From the NCBI GenBank assembly GCA_965262115.1, contig OZ253496.1, positions 1,280,001-1,344,000 on the forward strand: a DNA stretch of 64,000 bases. Direction: 5' to 3'. Of the stretch, positions 8,697 to 18,729 are shown piece after piece (the first letter of the stretch is position 1; each line of letters starts with the position of its first letter). A program made the position numbers and the translations under genes. The DNA comes from Nitrospinales bacterium. GTDB lineage: Bacteria > Nitrospinota > Nitrospinia > Nitrospinales > VA-1. The notes beneath the pieces are model-generated. The model ran no database searches. It was given only the letters and a program-made list of their open reading frames with translations, and was not told where the DNA came from.

Positions 8697-10325
8697 TTGG
8701 AAAACAGATTATTGCTCGCCTTTGTTTTGTCCTTGGCGGTGTTTGTAGGATGGGGCTATTTCCTGGCGCAAATGCAGGGTCCATTGCCGGTACAAGAATC
8801 GGGCATTGAGACTCCCGGCCAAGAAACTCGGGCTCTTCCGCCCACAGGTTCGGCTCCAGTGGCTCCCCAGTCGCAATTATCACAACCTTTAGCTCCGGCC
8901 CCCGTTCCTGTCAATCCTTTCCCTGGAAAAGAAGTTCTCATCCAGGTCTCTGCCGGGGAAACCCACTTCATCATCAGCAATCGCGGCGGAGTGCTGAAAC
9001 AACTGCAATTGCCGCGCTTTAAAAATGATGCCGGCGACATTATCGACTTGATCGACAACCCCGATCACCTGACATCCGCTCTGGCTCTTCAGGCCAACGA
9101 CCCCGAGGTCACGGCGATTTTGCAGTACGCACACTATGAGCCTTCGACAACTTCTATTGTTCTGGACGAAAACAATCCGGAAGGACGGCTGACCCTGACT
9201 CTGAATCACTCGTCCGGATTACAGGTCACCCGCAACTACACGTTCCACTTCGAAGATTACATGGTTGAAATGAGTACGCAGATTAACGCAGCGTCAATGG
9301 CAAACAGGAATCTGCAATACCAAGTGGTGTTGGGGCCCGGAATGGGCGGAAAAATATCTTCACAAACCGATTACATCGTCTTTTCCGGCGCAACCGTATT
9401 CAACAATAATGAGAGGATCGAAAACCCGCCTGAAGATATCCACGACACTTCTTATTTCAAAGGAGACCTGAAGTGGGTGGCTTTCCAGAACAAATATTTC
9501 GGGTCTGCCCTCATTCCCCAACAAGGCACCAAGGCCGGACTGGTGTTCAAAGAAAAAGATCAGGCCTTTGTCGGGCTGGAATTTGAATCCGTTCAATCCT
9601 CCGCCAACGCTCAACATTTATTTTATGCCGGCACCAAGGAACTGGAAACCCTCGAAGAAAAAGGCCACCACTTGGTGAGGATGATCGACTACGGCTGGTT
9701 CGGAAACAAATTCGCCTTCCTGGTCAAACCGCTTCTCAAGGTTCTGGCGTTCTTCTATGGGCTCACTGGCAACTACGGCTGGTCAATCATCTTCCTGACT
9801 ATCATCATTAAAACGCTGTTTTTCCCGCTGACCCATAAAAGCTTCAAGTCCATGAAGGGGATGCAGAAAGTTCAGCCTTATGTAAAAATCATCCAGGAAA
9901 GAAATAAAGATGACCGGCAGAAAATGAATGAAGAACTGCTGGAACTGTACAAAAAACACAAAGTGAATCCGGTTGGCGGTTGTCTGCCCATGCTGCTGCA
10001 GATTCCCGTATTCATCGCCCTCTACCACGCGCTGTTCTTTTCCATCGAGCTTCGCGGCGCCCCGTTCATCGGCTGGATCACCGACCTTTCCGTCGCCGAC
10101 CCCTACTACGTTTATCCCGTACTCATGGGTGCCACTATGTTCGTGCAACAAAAACTGACCCCATCGATGGGCGACCCCATGCAACAGAAAATCATGATGT
10201 TCCTCCCCATCGTGTTCACCTTCCTGTTCCTTTCGTTTCCGTCCGGACTCGTCATCTACTGGACCGTCAACAATATCCTGACCATCTCCCAGCAATACTA
10301 CATCTACCACGTCCAGAAAGACTAG
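8697..10325 (+). CDS. yidC: Membrane protein insertase
   Basis: DYGWF, NYGWSII, NPVGGCLPMLLQIP, GLVIYW. Confidence 0.96.
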   Translation: MENRLLLAFVLSLAVFVGWGYFLAQMQGPLPVQESGIETPGQETRALPPTGSAPVAPQSQLSQPLAPAPVPVNPFPGKEVLIQVSAGETHFIISNRGGVLKQLQLPRFKNDAGDIIDLIDNPDHLTSALALQANDPEVTAILQYAHYEPSTTSIVLDENNPEGRLTLTLNHSSGLQVTRNYTFHFEDYMVEMSTQINAASMANRNLQYQVVLGPGMGGKISSQTDYIVFSGATVFNNNERIENPPEDIHDTSYFKGDLKWVAFQNKYFGSALIPQQGTKAGLVFKEKDQAFVGLEFESVQSSANAQHLFYAGTKELETLEEKGHHLVRMIDYGWFGNKFAFLVKPLLKVLAFFYGLTGNYGWSIIFLTIIIKTLFFPLTHKSFKSMKGMQKVQPYVKIIQERNKDDRQKMNEELLELYKKHKVNPVGGCLPMLLQIPVFIALYHALFFSIELRGAPFIGWITDLSVADPYYVYPVLMGATMFVQQKLTPSMGDPMQQKIMMFLPIVFTFLFLSFPSGLVIYWTVNNILTISQQYYIYHVQKD

Positions 10326-10345
10326 CCACTCGGCGTGGGGCCAGT
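10326..10345. repeat. CCAC-N5-GTGG hairpin repeat directly after yidC stop
   Basis: CCACTCGGCGTGGGGCCAGT. Confidence 0.85.
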
Positions 10346-10418
10346 GTTTAAACCTCTCCCTGAGAAGGGAGATTGAGGGGGTTGCTTTTTCTACCTGAAA
10401 GAAGGACGATAGTTCGCT

Positions 10419-11795
10419 ATGAACGACACCATTACAGCTATCGCCACCCCGCCCGGCGAAGGGGGCATCGGCATCATCCGCATAAGCGGAAAGGACGCTC
10501 TGGCCATCGCCCTGCAACTTTTTCATCCCGCATCCGGTGAGAAGATAAAGGAGCTTGCTCCTCAAAAGGTTTTGTTCGGTGAGGTGCGCGATCCCGAATC
10601 TAAGCAGTGCATCGATCAGGTTCTTCTCACTTTTTTTAAAGGACCAAAAAGTTATACTGCCGAAGATGTCATCGAGATCAGCGCCCACGGTGGGACATGG
10701 ATCACCTCACGAATCCTCGAACTAATTTTGGGGCAAGGGGCGCGGCTGGCAGAACCGGGGGAATTCACCCGCCGCGCTTTCACCAACGGCAAGCTCGACC
10801 TAACCCAGGCCGAAGCCGTCGCTGATGTCATCGACTCCGCTTCCGACAAAGCTTTAAGTTCCGCACTAGCACAACTCAAAGGCGGACTCTCCCGCAGACT
10901 CAACACCCTGCACGAAACCCTGCTCAACGCCCAGGCTCAACTGGAAGCGGCAATAGATTTTTCAGAAGACGGCCTCACCTTCCAGTCGCGGGAAGCCACA
11001 CAAAACCAAATTCAACAAGTTGAAAAAGATTTAAGGAAACTGGTTCGCTCTTTTCGACAGGGACGGATTGTTCGGGAAGGAATGCGTGTTGCCCTGGTCG
11101 GCAAACCCAATGTCGGGAAATCCAGCCTGCTCAACGCGCTTTTGCGGGAAGATCGCGCCATCGTCACTGCCTACGCGGGAACCACCCGCGACACCCTCGA
11201 AGAACGAGCCCGCATCAAAGACATCCATATCATTATCATCGACTCCGCCGGACTGCGCGACAACCCGGAAGTGATCGAAGAAGCAGGCATTGAAAGAACC
11301 CGTCTGGCTCTGGAAAAAGCCGACCTCGTACTGGTTGTGTTCGACCAATCCGAGCCCCTTGACGATAACGACGAACTACTGATGAACGAAGTGGGAGAAA
11401 AACCCCGGCTGGTGTTGCTCAACAAATCCGATCTGCCTTCCTCCTGGCCACCGGATCAACTCAATAACTTTCTCGCAGAAGAAAAACCGATTGCTCTATC
11501 CGCCAAAACTCTTGAAGGATTCGATTCTTTAGAAGAAGCGCTCTACCAGAAAGCTATAGGTGGAGAACGAACCGGTGAATCCGTCATCATCACCCGCGAA
11601 CGCCATCGCGACCACCTGCAACAAGCCGCCGAAGCTCTGCAAAAAGCCAGCGAAAGTCTCACCGACAATCTCTCCGAAGAACTCATAGCAGTAGACGTTA
11701 CTCTGGCGATGGAACATCTGGGTGCCGTGCTCGGTAAAACTTTTGAAGAAGACCTGCTGGACAAAATCTTCGGCCAGTTCTGCATCGGCAAATAA
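10419..11795 (+). CDS. mnmE: tRNA modification GTPase MnmE (TrmE)
   Basis: DTITAIATPPG, GKPNVGKSS, GTTRD, NKSD, FCIGK terminus. Confidence 0.97.
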   Translation: MNDTITAIATPPGEGGIGIIRISGKDALAIALQLFHPASGEKIKELAPQKVLFGEVRDPESKQCIDQVLLTFFKGPKSYTAEDVIEISAHGGTWITSRILELILGQGARLAEPGEFTRRAFTNGKLDLTQAEAVADVIDSASDKALSSALAQLKGGLSRRLNTLHETLLNAQAQLEAAIDFSEDGLTFQSREATQNQIQQVEKDLRKLVRSFRQGRIVREGMRVALVGKPNVGKSSLLNALLREDRAIVTAYAGTTRDTLEERARIKDIHIIIIDSAGLRDNPEVIEEAGIERTRLALEKADLVLVVFDQSEPLDDNDELLMNEVGEKPRLVLLNKSDLPSSWPPDQLNNFLAEEKPIALSAKTLEGFDSLEEALYQKAIGGERTGESVIITRERHRDHLQQAAEALQKASESLTDNLSEELIAVDVTLAMEHLGAVLGKTFEEDLLDKIFGQFCIGK

Positions 11796-11958
11796 CTGCC
11801 CACTAGGAGTGGGGCCAGCTAACAAAGGTTTATGTAATGGAATTAACGTGTAGCAATATTGGATTGAGCCCTTAACCTCTTTTTACTTTATACTGTATAT
11901 TAACAATTGGAATGGAAATTTAAAAGAATTTAAACTTGACAAATCAACCATTAAAGAT

Positions 11959-11977
11959 GACTATAAGTATCTATAAT
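11959..11977 (+). promoter_or_regulatory. Single C-box-like site GACT-ATA-AGTA next to TATAAT upstream of the MTase
   Basis: Matches the GACT-N3-AGTC controller half-operator at 7 of 8 positions; TATAAT at 11972-11977. Confidence 0.4.
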
Positions 11978-12008
11978 GATCTATCTAAATAGAAGCAAGT
12001 AATATTAT

Positions 12009-13753
12009 ATGCAACCCATTCCTCAAAAAAAATTATTAAAAGATATGAAATCGTTACGGATAAAAAGGCCGGTGGTGCCACCTATACCCCTAAAATATTA
12101 GCTGATTTTGTTGCAAAAAAAATTATGGGAATAACCGGGAATTTAAAAACTGGGTCCTCGATTCGAATCCTTGATCCAGCAATTGGTGACGGAGAGTTAC
12201 TCATCAGCCTTCTAGAACAGATTCCTCACCCAATCCATCGGCAAATCAAAATATTTGGTTTTGAGATGGATCAAAAAGCCCTTAATCTGGCTACTTCCCG
12301 TATAAAACAAAAATTTCCTGCAGTAGACACACATTTTCAGCTTGGGAATTTTCTAAACTATGTTCTTGAGAATTTTGGGCAGGGTGGAAACGGAAATTTA
12401 TTTCAAACAGAAGTGTCAGAAGCCTACGACCTTATCATTGCGAACCCTCCCTATGTTCGAACCCAAATTATGGGAGTGACGCAAGCACAATTATTGGCAA
12501 AACAGTTTGGTCTTTCGGGCCGGGTTGATCTGTATTACGCCTTTATTCTTGGTATGGCCTGGGTTTTAAAGCCCAACGGAATCGCCGGAATTATTGTCTC
12601 AAACCGCTTTATGACTACCAAATCTGGCGGCCCTGTGCGGAAAGCATTGCAACAGTTGTTTAATCTCCGACACATCTGGGATATGGGAGATACAAAAATT
12701 TTTGGTGCTGCTGTTCTACCCGCTGTTCTTCTGGTTGAAGGTAGAAACGGCAAAAAGCCACAAACTCCTGCCGTCACTTCCATTTATCAGACAACAGAAA
12801 TTGGCAAGGAAAGGGTTTCCAACCCTATCGATGCCTTATCTAAAGAAGGTATTGTCGGGCTCGCAGATGGCCGAAGTTTTCTTGTACAACATGGAAAGCT
12901 TGAAACAGATGGAACCTTCGATGGTGTATGGAGGGTGGCTACGAAGTCAGTTAATACCGGGCTGGCTATTGTAGAATCCCACACGTGGGGGACATTTGGG
13001 GATATTGGAAAAATCCGGGTTGGTGTTAAAACCTGTGCCGATAAAATATTTATTCGCTCCGATTGGCAGGATATACCAGATGAAGAAACCCCAGAGATTC
13101 TAAGGCCTCTGATTACGCACCACAGTGCGCGTCGCTTTAAGGGTTTGGTCCCGAAAAAAACAAGGAAAATCCTTTACCCGCACACTATTGTGAAAGAGCA
13201 ACGGCAGACAATTAATTTATCAAATTACCCACGTACAAAAACATACTTGGAACGCCACCGACTGGCCTTGGAAGGCCGTCATTACGTCATTGAGGCCGGG
13301 CGTGAATGGTACGAAATATGGGTTCCTCAGGACCCGGAAGCTTGGGATAAGCCTAAACTTGTTTTTCGTGATATTTCAGAAAAACCAACATTCTGGATCG
13401 ATCAAGGGGGAGCAGTCGTTAATGGGGATTGTTACTGGCTTGTTTGTCTGAATAGATCCCAAGCAGCCCTTCTTTGGCTGGCAGTAGCGGTAGGTAACTC
13501 TACCTTCATTGAGACATTTTACGACTACCGATTTCACAACAAGCTTTATGCAGGGCGACGGAGGTTCATTACGCAATACGTTGAAAAGTTTCCTTTACCT
13601 GACCCGACCAGCCCTATTGCATTGGCTATTATCAAGAAAGCTAAGCAAATTTATCAATGTACCCCGTCAGCCGAGGTGTACAAACTGGAAAAGGAAATAA
13701 ATCGGTTAGTGTATCAATCCTTCGGTTTAGTCTTCGAAGAAGTTGGCGGGTAA
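12009..13753 (+). CDS. N6-adenine DNA methyltransferase, gamma class, M.BseCI/M.BanIII-like (predicted ATCGAT); frameshift in A8 tract at 12025-12032
   Basis: GATYTPKILA, LDPAIGDG, IIANPPYVRTQ, GRVDLY resemble M.BseCI from memory; ATG 12009 joins the main frame only with 9 A. Confidence 0.8.
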
Positions 13754-14788
13754 TGGTATCTGTAGTTTTTTATTCAAAACCTTTCCTTGAAACTGAGGGA
13801 ATCGATCAAAAAAATTTTCCCCGGTTGTTAGAAAAAAATGCGTTAAAGTCACTTCCCTACCATCTGTTTCTCCATAAAAAAGAGCATACCGCACATCGCG
13901 GTGCCGGATTTGTTTTCCTCCGATGTTAGGCACGTCCAGAGGTTCTACACTGCCAGGACACACCAAACCAAGATCGATTGTCGGGGAGGTCTGAAGTTTT
14001 ACTTCAACCAATTGATGTCTCACATCCGGGAATTGTTCATCATCCCGATAATCAGAATAACCAAGCTTTTTGCAGATAAGCCGGTGAAGTTCTGCGCCCC
14101 GGTTTCTTTCTTGATCATGACCGCTATAGGAAAATCTTCGGCCTACAAGGGTACCCAACCGTTCAAAAATTACCTTGATTGTTAAGAGTCGGTTTCCCTC
14201 CGGTTGAGCGGTAGGACTATCAGAACCTTTTAAATCGACCGAGGATACAACAAAAGGCCTGAGCAACACCGTATCTTTTTTCGAAATAAGTTCCGTTAAA
14301 GTTTTTCCAATAATCAAGCGTGCCTGATATTTTTGAGTCAGGGTCCCAGTTTTGTCCAAAGCTGCCAAAATGTCTCCTGTGACCACCTTTACCCGCAAAA
14401 TAATATTGTCATCACTAATGCGTATAATTACATAACGTCGAATAGATGATATCTCTTCATTCCAGACTTGGAGATTATTCTTTTTTTTGGTGTAGGTATC
14501 GAAAAATTGCCCTAGGAAACGCGGTTTTGTTTTTTTGAAGGATAGTGGTACCGGATAGCCAAGTGCCTGACAAATATATTCCTTGACCACCTTAGAGCGG
14601 GTCCTAAGGGGTAGACCATGAAGCGAGATTCCCTTGAGCTTCTTGTTTAGTATTTTTTCAAGTACTATGGTTGGAACCCAAAGGTTTGAGTCGCCAATCT
14701 TAATAGGGTCATATATTGATAAACCACTCCGTCTGATGGCTTTAACATATCGTGTCCCAGTATCCGAATTATTTGCCATCTTTGCCAC
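13727..14788 (-). CDS. Type II restriction endonuclease cognate to the adjacent MTase
   Basis: FPD...EVK PD-(D/E)XK motif; convergent with MTase, overlapped by C gene. Confidence 0.75.
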   Translation of the reverse strand: MAKMANNSDTGTRYVKAIRRSGLSIYDPIKIGDSNLWVPTIVLEKILNKKLKGISLHGLPLRTRSKVVKEYICQALGYPVPLSFKKTKPRFLGQFFDTYTKKKNNLQVWNEEISSIRRYVIIRISDDNIILRVKVVTGDILAALDKTGTLTQKYQARLIIGKTLTELISKKDTVLLRPFVVSSVDLKGSDSPTAQPEGNRLLTIKVIFERLGTLVGRRFSYSGHDQERNRGAELHRLICKKLGYSDYRDDEQFPDVRHQLVEVKLQTSPTIDLGLVCPGSVEPLDVPNIGGKQIRHRDVRYALFYGETDGREVTLTHFFLTTGENFFDRFPQFQGKVLNKKLQIPLPANFFED

Positions 14789-15026
14789 CTCTCTTGGTTA
14801 AGAGTTTTTGAACACTTACACCGAGAGCCGTGGAAAAGGTTTCTAATGTACTAAGAGTCACATTCCTCTCGCCCCTTTCCACAGAGCCAACATACGTCCT
14901 GTGCAGATCGCATTGGTCAGCAAGCTCCTCTTGGGATATGTTTTTTTTATTTCTGTAGGCACATATGTTTTCCGAAAGAATTTTCGTTATTTCTTTGCTG
15001 GGTTTTCTTAGTGATTTTTTTCCCAT
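14769..15026 (-). CDS. R-M controller protein (XRE HTH)
   Basis: SQEELADQCDLHRTYVGSVERGERNVTL, classic C-protein signature. Confidence 0.88.
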   Translation of the reverse strand: MGKKSLRKPSKEITKILSENICAYRNKKNISQEELADQCDLHRTYVGSVERGERNVTLSTLETFSTALGVSVQKLLTKRGGKDGK

Positions 15027-15077
15027 TTGCTCTGGAGAGGATTAATTACACATTATGGGATATCTTTAACTTATGAT

Positions 15078-15103
15078 GCCTTTAAGTCTACAGATTTTAA
15101 GTA
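15078..15103 (-). promoter_or_regulatory. Double C-box operator (PvuII type)
   Basis: Minus strand TACT-TAA-AATC-TGTA-GACT-TAA-AGGC vs consensus GACT-N3-AGTC-TGTA-GACT-N3-AGTC. Confidence 0.7.
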
Positions 15104-15137
15104 GCTTTTTATCGACGTGCATAAATGGGCCGAACCC

Positions 15138-16043
15138 TGAACTTCCCCTGTTTTAGTGGACAGTTAGTTAAGAGGCATAGGCCTGTTTCTCGAATTCGGC
15201 AGGGCTGAGATAGCCGAGATATTAGTGACGGCGTTGCCGATTATAAAACACTTCGATATATTCAAAAATATCCTTCTTTGCTTGCTGACGGGTTTTGTAG
15301 TTCCGGTTATGAATGAGTTCCACTTTGAGAGTATGGAAAAAACTCTCCGCCACGGCGTTATCCCAGCAATCGCCCTTCCGGCTCATACTGCACTCTATCC
15401 CATGAACATTGAGCAAGGCTTGAAAATCGTTGCAGGCATATTGAACCCCCCGGTCAGAATGGTGAATCAATCCCGGTTTCATGCCGCCGTTCTTCATTGC
15501 CATATTTAAAGCTCTCATTACCAACCAACGGGTTATCCAACGATCCATGGCCCAACCAATAACTTTACGGTGGAATAAATCCAGCGTCACCGCAAGGTAT
15601 AACCAGCCCTCTTGAGTCGGGATATAGGTGATATCCGAAACCCAGCATTGACCGGGCTCAGCAACATTAAACCGCCGTTGCAGTTTGTTTTTTGCCACCG
15701 GGTGATTATGTTTGGAATCGGTTGTCACCCTAAACTTTCTTTTGTGCTTGGCAACGATTCCATGCTCGCGCATAAGACAGGCAATACGATGCCTGCCAAT
15801 GGCATATCCCTTGTCTTTCAAGTCCTCATGAATTCTGGGACTGCCATAAGTCTGGCGACTCTTCTTATAAACGGTTTTGATCTCATCAACCCATCGCTGC
15901 TTCTCACGGCTCCTCAGGCTCTCGGGGCGGCTCAGCCAGGCATAGAACCCACTTCGTCCCACTTCCAGAACCCGGCACATCGGGCTTACCGGAAATGCTT
16001 CTCGATGATCCCGTATAAACCGATATCTCATTGGGAACCCTTC
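15138..16043 (-). mobile_element. IS3-family remnant: right IR and orfB only
   Basis: IR TGAACTTCCCCTGTTTTAGTGGACA; rve motifs [26 protein letters not shown]; premature TAA at 15222-15224 (frame continues YLGYLSPAEFE to 15168); orfA absent. Confidence 0.9.
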
Positions 16044-16087
16044 TAGTACCCCTTGTATGTTGTTCATAAGGGGAATTTGTAGTAGTT

Positions 16088-16276
16088 GTACCTGTGAGCC
16101 CTGTGGGAAGCCGGTTTTGTGTTTTCCACAAGGCTCACAGGGTTTGATTCAGGGCACAATAGATCGTTTACCCCTTGGGCTTTTAAGCCCGTCCCGAAGC
16201 GCAGATCGTTGTGTCCTGTTTTGATTAACCCGAACAGTTGCCTGGGCCACTGAGCCCGCATCGGCAAGGCTGGGAG
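16088..16276 (+). ncRNA. Bridge RNA: 5' hairpin, target-binding loop, donor-binding loop; boundaries approximate
   Basis: Hairpin 16091-16141; guides TTTACCCCT (16167-16175), CCCGAAG (16193-16199), ACAGTTGC (16234-16241), CAAG (16265-16268). Confidence 0.85.
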
Positions 16277-16284
16277 ACCAAATT

Positions 16285-17235
16285 ATGAATCAGAAACCCC
16301 ATTTTATTGGCATCGATATTTCTAAACTCCATCTGGATGTTGCTGACAGCATGACTCAAGAAACCTGGCAAACCGCTAACAATGAAGAAGGGATTGCTGG
16401 TTTGGTCGAGAGTTTATCCGCCTTAAATCCTCCATTGATCGTTTTGGAAGCCACAGGCGGCTTAGAGATCCCGTTGGCTTCGGCCCTGGTTGCGGGTCGA
16501 CTGCCAGTAGCCGTGGTCAACCCACGGCAAGTTCGTGATTTTGCCAAAGCCACCGGGAAACTGGCAAAAACCGATGTCATTGATTCTCTTGTGCTGGCCC
16601 ATTTTGCCAAGGCCATACGTCCTGAGGTCAGGAAAATCAAAGACGAAGAATCTCTTGAACTCTCAGCTCTAGTGACACGCCGTCGCCAGTTGATCGAGAT
16701 GCTGACCAAAGAAAAAACCCGTCTAAAACAAGCTCCAAAATGGATATGTAAAGACATTAAGGAGCATATCGAATCTCTTAAAAAACGCTTGCGAAAAATC
16801 GATGGCGACCTTTCCAGAACCATCAAAAACAGTTCTGCCTGGCGTGAGCACGACCAGATCATACAAAGTGTTCCCGGTGCCGGTCCCGTTCCGGCTGTCA
16901 ACCTCTTGGCCGGGGTTCCGGAACTTGGAGTTCTTAATCAGAAGCAAATCGCCGCCCTTATCGGTCTCGCTCCCCTCAATCGGGACAGCGGAAAGTTCCG
17001 GGGCCGCCGGTGTATCTGGGGCGGTCGCGCCAATGTGCGTGCCGCTTTATACATGGCCGCCGTCACTGCCATGCAGCATAATCCCGTGATTCGTACCTTT
17101 TACACACGCCTCATCGAAAAGGGCAAACCCTTTAAAGTTGCCATTACCGCATGCATGAGAAAGTTATTAACGATCATCAATACCATGATCAAAACAAAAA
17201 CACTCTGGAATGAAAATCTCATTGCCAGCACTTGA
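16285..17235 (+). CDS. IS110 DEDD recombinase/transposase
   Basis: IGIDISK, VLEATGG, KTDVID (DEDD) and RDSGK (catalytic Ser) motifs; 316 aa, uninterrupted. Confidence 0.96.
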   Translation: MNQKPHFIGIDISKLHLDVADSMTQETWQTANNEEGIAGLVESLSALNPPLIVLEATGGLEIPLASALVAGRLPVAVVNPRQVRDFAKATGKLAKTDVIDSLVLAHFAKAIRPEVRKIKDEESLELSALVTRRRQLIEMLTKEKTRLKQAPKWICKDIKEHIESLKKRLRKIDGDLSRTIKNSSAWREHDQIIQSVPGAGPVPAVNLLAGVPELGVLNQKQIAALIGLAPLNRDSGKFRGRRCIWGGRANVRAALYMAAVTAMQHNPVIRTFYTRLIEKGKPFKVAITACMRKLLTIINTMIKTKTLWNENLIAST

Positions 17236-17504
17236 CATTTAACACAGTTGCTTCGGGGCATGAAGACAAATGAAGAGGACATCACAACCGATGAGGGGTC
17301 ATAACATGCTGCCAATGAGCTATAGTTCGTTGCGCCGAAAAGTCAATCGAACGCATATAGGGCTGAGAAAACTATTCACTTACCAGAAAAAGTTGTTGCT
17401 ATTGAGTCCAGCGTCACGCTGGTGGGGAGTTTTGGGTTGACGTTTAGCACGGTTTGGGAGAAGCTTGGTGCCTTCCATGAAATATTGAAAAGGTCTGTCA
17501 AATT

Positions 17505-17984
17505 ATGAAACGAAATTCCATTTTTCGGGACGAACTTCCGGGAGAAAAGAAGAGCATCATCAATCTGTTAATGACTGGCTACATCGTTGTCATCTCCTGC
17601 CTGGGATACGCTGCGTTCTTTCTCTACATCCAACTTGGGCAGATTGAAAGAATTGTGGGAACCATGGACACGCAGAATTTAACACCTGATCAAATGGAGT
17701 TATTAAAGAACCGGATCATTCGCAGTGCCAGGCAATTAAAAAATGAAATGGTCGGAATGGCTATTGTAGGGAGTCTGGTTTCGATTATTGGCGGATTTTA
17801 TACCGTCAGCATGATTATCAAACCCTTGAAAAAACTGGTGAGGTTTGCAGAGGAGCGGGGGAAAACCGAACTTCCCGAAATTAAATCCAATACCGAAATC
17901 AAACAGTTGGCAACGGCCATCACACAATTAACAGAAAGCCTGAATCAGACTGCCTCCTCGGAAAAAGAACAGCTACCTTCCTGA
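17505..17984 (+). CDS. Two-TM membrane protein with HAMP-like C-terminus
   Basis: Two hydrophobic helices, IKPLKKL...EIKQLA. Confidence 0.55.
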   Translation: MKRNSIFRDELPGEKKSIINLLMTGYIVVISCLGYAAFFLYIQLGQIERIVGTMDTQNLTPDQMELLKNRIIRSARQLKNEMVGMAIVGSLVSIIGGFYTVSMIIKPLKKLVRFAEERGKTELPEIKSNTEIKQLATAITQLTESLNQTASSEKEQLPS

Positions 17985-18037
17985 GCGAACAAGAAGCCTT
18001 TTGGCTCAAGAGTCATTGTGGTCCCTGACCTTGCCGC

Positions 18038-18682
18038 TCAATTCGTCTTTGAAGCGTAAGACCTCTCTTCCAGGAATGCCCACCTCCTCCAATAACTGAA
18101 CATAGTATTAAAGGTCAGGGTTTCTTTCAAACGCAGGATCGCCTTCTGGATCTTCGGCTGTACAACCGGCACCAGATCGTTGCAAAGCAGTTCCACAGGA
18201 AGCGGTTCATTGGAAAGCCGGGCCATGAGGGTTGAAACTTTAGAAATCCCCAGATTCCGCCGGAAAACTTCCCGGTCCTTTATTTCCATTTTTATATACT
18301 TCACGCATTTTTCATGGAGGACGAGCCTCTGCTTCCAGGGTTCAGTTTTTTTCCATTGCTCAAATCGAATTTTGACGGGTTGGACTTCTTGCAACTCACG
18401 GAGCTCATCCATACGGGATAGGTAATCTTTTTGGAAGGCTTTTTTGACCTCGATTCGATTCTGCAATTCGTCATCGCAAGATTCCTCCGCAAACTTCTTA
18501 TCATTTTTTCTTTTTTCTTTCCATTTTTCATAATGCAGGAGGATCACCTCCCCGCGTGTCATGGATTCAATTTCCTTAAAGAGCTGCTGAGCCTCCTTAA
18601 CATGAAAAGACTTGGCCTGTTCAGCCGAGATAAACGGTTGCCAGTAAATAAAAGTTTTGCCAGTTGTACCCCTCCGGGGCAT
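18038..18682 (-). CDS. Hypothetical protein; start uncertain, ORF begins inside a repeat
   Basis: 214-aa ORF, no recognised motif. Confidence 0.45.
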   Translation of the reverse strand: MPRRGTTGKTFIYWQPFISAEQAKSFHVKEAQQLFKEIESMTRGEVILLHYEKWKEKRKNDKKFAEESCDDELQNRIEVKKAFQKDYLSRMDELRELQEVQPVKIRFEQWKKTEPWKQRLVLHEKCVKYIKMEIKDREVFRRNLGISKVSTLMARLSNEPLPVELLCNDLVPVVQPKIQKAILRLKETLTFNTMFSYWRRWAFLEERSYASKTN

Positions 18683-18724
18683 GAAACTTATATAGGAGAT
18701 ATCACAGGCCCACGCCGAGTGGGG
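18667..18724 (+). repeat. Micro-element copy (18667-18706) plus CCACGCCGAGTGG hairpin
   Basis: TACCCCTCCGGGGCATGAAAC...ATCACA then GGCCCACGCCGAGTGG. Confidence 0.85.
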
Positions 18725-18729
18725 TCTTC

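Larger units (their letters stand above)
16052..17252 (+). mobile_element. IS110-family (IS621-like) element, complete, CT core at both junctions
   Basis: CT at 16052-16053 and 17251-17252; removal restores TACCCCTTCGGGGCATGAAG; circle junction ACAGTTG-CT-TGTAT. Confidence 0.92.

Noticed and set aside
9783..10688. 301-aa antisense ORF and similar overlapping ORFs in the track
   Set aside because: Shadows of well-supported genes on the other strand, with no motifs
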